NCBI GenBank assembly: GCA_964016885.1
Contig: OZ024749.1
Coordinates: 43,214,001-43,278,000, forward strand
DNA: 64,000 nt
Reading direction: 5' to 3'
From: Eledone cirrhosa
Taxonomy: Eukaryota
Shown here: positions 60,072 through 64,000 of the stretch, piece by piece
Layout of the letters: each line of letters starts with the position of its first letter
Position numbering within the stretch: position 1 is the first letter of the stretch
The notes under the pieces: model-generated
Seen by the model: only the letters and a program-made list of their open reading frames with translations
What the model was told of the DNA's origin: nothing
The model's database searches: none
Position numbers and translations under genes: made by a program

Positions 60072-60419
60072 AGAACATACAGCAGATGTACTCCTAACTC
60101 AGAACATACAGCAGATGTACTCCTAACTCAGAACATACAACAGATGTTCTCCTAACTCAGAACATACAGCAGATGAACTCCTAACTCAGAACATACAGCA
60201 GATGAACTCCTAACTCAGAACATACAGCAGATGTACTCCTAACTCAGAACATACAGCAGATGTACTCCTAACTCAGAACATACAGCAGATGAACTCCTAA
60301 CTCAGAACATACAGCAGATGTTCTCCTAACTCAGAACATACAGCAGATGAACTCCTAACTCAGAACATACAGCAGATGAACTCCTAACTCAGAACATACA
60401 GCAAATGAACTCCTAACTC
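60072..60419. repeat. 29-bp minisatellite, 12 units
   Basis: AGAACATACAGCAGATGWWCTCCTAACTC head to tail with no spacers. Confidence 0.97.
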
Positions 60420-62624
60420 CTCGACAATGTTCCAAACCTACGACTATGTAGAAGACCAAGATATTTCAATATAAAAAAAACGTATATAGTTTATTTTACA
60501 ATTCATGGTGTAAATGTATGTAATGCTACACAAACATATCTACATACATATGAACCAAACTATAAAGCCATTAAAAATAAATACCGCATTAAGCCTCCTC
60601 ATCTCAAAGGCTTGGGATTCGAATCATCTTTAGTGTCAAGAAAATAACGTGAAGAATTGTACTTCTTTTTCTTTCGATGTTTAAAATAAAACGCTTTTGA
60701 AGAAAACAGTAAATTTTAGAATTCTGATTATTTGAATCGTGCAAGAAAATGTTAATAGTTTATTTCACTGCTAGCTTCAATAAAATCGCATATTGTTAAT
60801 CGAAAACGAAAAAAAAGTTAGGCACTCTCATAAAATAACTTTTGCAAAGTTTAATAGGCGAAGCATTAACTCCATAAAGATTTTAATGTGAATTATATTG
60901 CTCCAGTTCTCATTTTATGTTTACGACTTAAATTTAACTGCCGTATTGACCTTCATGTAAATCCCAAAACCTTTGTTTCCATTAATGTTCTTATCTCTTC
61001 ATCAATATCCATTTCCTTTCATGATTAATATTTTATATGTCATTTAAACGTTCTACCGAAATATTTATAAGAATACTGAAAGTTAAAGTCAAGCGACAAT
61101 TTTGTTGTCGAGATATTTATATCCATGATGAAATTATATTGATATGATTTGATCTTGCAACTGAAAAACTATAAATGTTATTTCCTTTAACTGTTATATA
61201 TAAAAATCTTCCTTCGACCTAAGTATTGTGAGTGAAATTAGATGGGCTTAAACTGTATATAATTCCGTCGCAGAAATTGTACATCTACTCGATGTAGCCA
61301 TGTGTTAATCAAATTCTAAGTGAAAATTGCTTAAAGGATACACGTATCTATGTGGAGTCAAAGATTTAAACTTTAATTTCCGTATCAGAGCGCTGTTCAT
61401 CAAACATCTAAATGCTCATCGCCTAAAGAGACGGAGGATTCGTCACAGCAAAAGGTACGTGGGATATAAAAGTACATATAGTAAGCTTCAAAAAGCCATA
61501 AATCATATTGTTGCAATCGCAACCCAGCTGGGATTTACAGCAGGATAAAAACATAGAAAATAGCCTAATGGCTAAATAAGCCTTTACTTAATCAACATAA
61601 CTGTTAGCTGTAATATTTCATCATTTGTTCTATCCTCGATGTCTTATACATAATTTAGTGTTGGAGAGGCGGTAATGGGATTTGTTTTCCTTTAACCACG
61701 TAGTTTTCTACGTCTCTAACTTAAAAAAAAAATACCTCATGCAAACCAAACCAAATATGAGCTACAGTCGACCATCCATTCGTCGATGTCACGATTCGTT
61801 ACCTTTTTATCTCATATTTCTTTCTCATTACGGTATTATTCACTTGGGGGTATATTTCCCCCTCAACAGGTATTCTCGGATTAAACTTAACTTAAATGAA
61901 ACAGAAAATGACTTCGTATCACGTAAACCTACTTACGCTAATCATACTAGCCACAACAGGTTGTATATATATATATGCTTGTGTGTACGTCTGTGCGTGT
62001 GTGTGTGTGTACTGTATGTTGAAGGATCAAGAATATTCCACCCTCGGTGACGCAGTTCAATTTTGAAATGATAATATTGAAAACCCTGCCCCCCCCCCCC
62101 CCAAAAAAAAAACAGGAATCGTTACAAACTATTACTAAGTAGTACTGTGTGTTGAATATCCTCGCCTATCATGCAGGGAGACCAGTGCTCCATTGCCTAC
62201 CGTGAAGACTTATGCTTTTACTGACAGTCTCCCATTATGGAAACAGCCCGTTACTGGGAGAGGTTACTGAATACAAGTGTAAACCGTTTGTGGTTTGGTG
62301 GCGTATTTTTGTTATAATTGGCATTTCTATTTTTCCATTTACAGTCGGGATAAAAGGTTTGTTTATACGATCTAATCGAACCATAGACGAAGTACTACAG
62401 GTGCACATGCGTCAATGCATTGGTAGAAACGTTAGCGCGTCTCATAACATTCTTTGTGTTAATTCTCCTGGATAATCTCCAAGGTTAATTTTGCTCTTCA
62501 TCTTCCCATGCCCCACCCCCACCTCCAAATTTCTGGCCCTGTGTCTAAATTAGAACCCAATAGAAATATGGTATGAAGATATATGTGTATTACAGTGAGT
62601 AGGTTCTCTGAGATTATCAATATA

Positions 62625-62702
62625 TTGGATCGTCAAGTATGAAATCTGTAGAAATATGTAGAGAAAAAGGAAATTTCTACAAATTTCGTACTTGACTACA
62701 AA
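62625..62702. mobile_element. ~80-bp mariner-type MITE
   Basis: Same TIR family, TA flanks. Confidence 0.75.
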
Positions 62703-63366
62703 TAGATTAATAGGCGAAATCCCATTAGAGGTGTTTAAAATATTAGCACAGACAGCAAGGGAGATAACTTGCATTTAAATCAGTTTTGGACATATAAGCT
62801 GATATATATTTATGACTCATTTAGCTATGATGTTGTCTAAATATATGCATAACCTCTAAAGTAAAAGATTGAATGCTATTAGAACATCTAAAACACTATC
62901 TCCATAAAATAATCAAGAGAAATCTGTGAAAATAAAATAATATAATAAAATACAATAAAATAAATAGGTATAAAAATGTATATAAAAATAAACAAATTAA
63001 TCACCGGAATGTATAATCATTACAAGCCGATGTTTTTGTATCAAAAACATACTCCGTAAATGTATAGAAAAATACTGGGGGTAGGGGGTGGGGGGGTGGG
63101 GGGGTTGAAATAACAACAAGGAGAAAAGTGGGGCTTATTTTTAATTAGCTTCGGTAGCAGCATTATGATAATTGGATGTTTTCTTTCATACACCAATGAA
63201 CAGGGTTATTAAAATTAGGAATAAGGTCGATGGCGGTAGTTTACGAGGTTACGATGATGATGATAGTGAAGTAGAGGTGAAGGAGGACGAGGAGGGGGGT
63301 CTCTAATATTAATGAGAGAGAAAAAATTAAATTATAATAATGATAATATTAGTGATGGTACAACAT

Positions 63367-63406
<40 letters not shown>

Positions 63407-63450
63407 ACTACTACTACTACAGCTATCATCATCATTATTATTATTATTAT

Positions 63451-63741
63451 CTTTATTCTTTGAGTCTCAGTCATTCATGTTATTTAACTGGAAAGTTTGT
63501 TGAAATGAATATCAAGCCACTACCTGCAGCCTCAGATATTCAGGACGTATCGGAGCGTTCTTGCTGTTCCCAGCAAGCATGCCTTTTGAAGTGTTCCAAA
63601 AAGCGGGGCTGGACTAATCTTATTTACCCATCCTTGGAAACTCTTTGAGATAGTCCCTAGTGCGCCTATGACAATCGGGACAACTTTGACTTCATGGCAG
63701 TTCCAAATCCTTTTTACCTCCCACTTTAAGTCCTGGTATCG
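63451..63741 (-). mobile_element. R4/Dong-like non-LTR retrotransposon 3' end
   Basis: RYQDLKWEVKRIW...VVPIVIGALGT...LQKACLLGTARTLRYVL* typical of the restriction-like endonuclease C-terminus; ~80 nt 3' UTR; (TAA)n on both sides. Confidence 0.85.
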
Positions 63742-63759
63742 TATTATTATTATTATTAT

Positions 63760-63803
<44 letters not shown>

Positions 63804-63944
63804 TCACTGCCATTTCAATAACTACTGTTGTAGCTAATATCGCTCCTAAAATGTAGAAAGAAGAAAGAAAGTGAAAGAGAAGGAGGAGACGGAAGAGGGG
63901 GGGAGAAGAAGAAGAAGAAGAAGAAGAAGAAGAAGAAGAAGAAG

Positions 63945-63985
<41 letters not shown>

Positions 63986-64000
63986 GATCCCGTTATTTAC

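Noticed and set aside
60072-60419. CRISPR-like 29-bp repeat
   Set aside because: Units are contiguous with no spacers, no cas genes, eukaryotic context
63984-64000. AAGATCCCGTTA match to family G at the window end
   Set aside because: Only 12 bp and diverges immediately

Overview
AT-rich, microsatellite-saturated animal DNA. The SINE families and the (TA)n/(CA)n/(GA)n/(CAT)n load most resemble an octopus genome (recognition by eye, not a database result). Nearly all ORFs in the supplied track are microsatellite artefacts. Supported content: about 20 tRNA-derived SINE copies, two RTE-clade LINE remnants, an R4/Dong-like remnant in (TAA)n, a DD41D Tc1/mariner remnant, five ~80-bp mariner-type MITEs, one hAT-Charlie MITE, several minisatellites and a few tentative host exons. 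The main observation is a dense population (about 24 pieces, at least 8 sequence families, labelled A-H here) of short non-coding elements embedded in (TA)n tracts. They carry minimal type-I hammerhead ribozyme motifs (CTGANGA...GAAA + palindromic stem III + TA) and mostly share one architecture: a fold-back with both 3' ends facing outward, one arm stopping at a TA-rich site, the other continuing through a ~55-100 nt tail that usually holds a conserved ACTC...GAGT(G/A)CT motif. One copy joins the ends of two different families and one is a circularly permuted monomer. I interpret these as non-autonomous Penelope-like/retrozyme-like insertions targeting (TA)n; no RT or GIY-YIG ORF for them is present in the window. 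All coordinates were read by eye and may be off by a few bases.
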